From contig NW_027590469.1 in assembly GCF_964213995.1 (NCBI RefSeq), positions 1 to 64,000 of the forward strand: DNA of 64,000 bases, given 5' to 3'. The DNA comes from Mustelus asterias. Its lineage: Eukaryota. A program made the position numbers and the translations under genes. The notes under the pieces were generated by a model. The model was not told where the DNA came from. It saw only the letters and a list, made by a program, of their open reading frames with translations, and searched no databases. Shown here one piece after another: positions 63,301 through 64,000 of the stretch; within the stretch, counting starts at the first letter, position 1; each line of letters starts with the position of its first letter.

Positions 63301-64000
63301 AGTGGTCAGCGGTTGCCTGTCTCTGTTCTTTACTGGCTTGATGTAGCGCTTTTAGTGCCGCCTGCAGATCAGTGCACTTAGCTTCCAATCGTGCTACTGC
63401 CTGATCGGCTTCACCTTTGGCCAAGACAGCACGCTGTGCGTCTTGGTAGGCTCTCTCATACTGGGTTTGAAAATTACCCAGTTGTAATAAATTTGCCTGG
63501 TTGGTTCTCCTTAATTCATCCACCTCTCTGTCCTTTTAGGATCTCATCTGCTCAATCTTCTCCTGTTGTTGTTCCTTTAGTTTCTTAAACTCCTCCTCCT
63601 TTTCCTCCTGTGCTCACTTCGACTCCTCCAGTTCCTTACGAACTGTGTTTAACTCCTTTTCTGTTCCGAGCAGCTGAACAAAGCAGCTCACAATAGCAAT
63701 TTCTTTCTCACTTTTATCTGCCCGTTTTCCCTGAACATTCCTTAGATCATCCCAATCCTTCTGCCCTCGGGATCCCCGTCCCATCTCAGTATTGGCACAA
63801 GATTCTGCCCATAGAGGCCACCCTTTCGTCTTAATAAATTCCCTGATTTTTGCTTCCCATATGGGACACTTCTCTCTCTCTGTGCTGTTTCCTGCCATTC
63901 TATATTCAACGACAAGGGGTAGGGAGCTGATTGGACTGTGGGTACGGCTTTGGGCTATGTTCCGGTCCTAATCCCTCCGTATTCTAATGTAAACCTACAG
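57376..64000 (-). mobile_element. Degraded retrovirus-like LTR element (gag-pol: CCHC, protease, RT, tether RNase H, second RNase H, integrase)
   Basis: CFNCGQPGQFARDC; FLWDTRGS; LDISNGFWSIPL...PQGFHNSP...YVDD; PVADDSRVLDPVEQG; IYVDGSS...AQAAELAA...SDSMY; IDYIGPLP...SDQGTHFT...VERMNRTLK; many frameshifts and stops. Confidence 0.9.
61610..62285 (-). mobile_element. CR1 3' end nested in gag of the LTR element
   Basis: [19 protein letters not shown]...LERVQRRFTRMLPGL; a second short CR1 tail near 61135-61240. Confidence 0.92.

Noticed and set aside
1-64000. CRISPR array or other prokaryotic systems
   Set aside because: Vertebrate DNA; no repeat-spacer array or operon structure seen

Overview
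Cartilaginous-fish (shark-like) genomic DNA. Positions 651-19517 (+) hold one complete cluster-type IgM heavy-chain locus: leader, VH, a single free D, JH, Cmu1-4 with secretory tail, TM1 and TM2. The V appears to be already joined to D1 in the germline, Cmu3 carries an in-frame TGA, and the J-C intron contains a G-skewed 20-bp minisatellite rich in AID hotspot motifs about 1 kb upstream of Cmu1. Downstream are a GPR139-like GPCR pseudogene fragment, a dead hAT (Buster/ZBED-type) transposon, a decayed tRNA array (one intact tRNA-Glu plus Glu/Val/Leu/Pro/Lys/Gln relics) and an intact two-exon GPR139-like GPCR bracketed by inverted tRNA-bearing arms. At 56704-56959 (-) is a previously joined NAR-type V(D)J exon with no constant region in the window. 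The window ends in a degraded retrovirus-like element with two RNase H domains. CR1 and Rex1 LINEs, V-SINEs and Penelope-like relics fill the rest. All calls are by eye; repeat boundaries are approximate.
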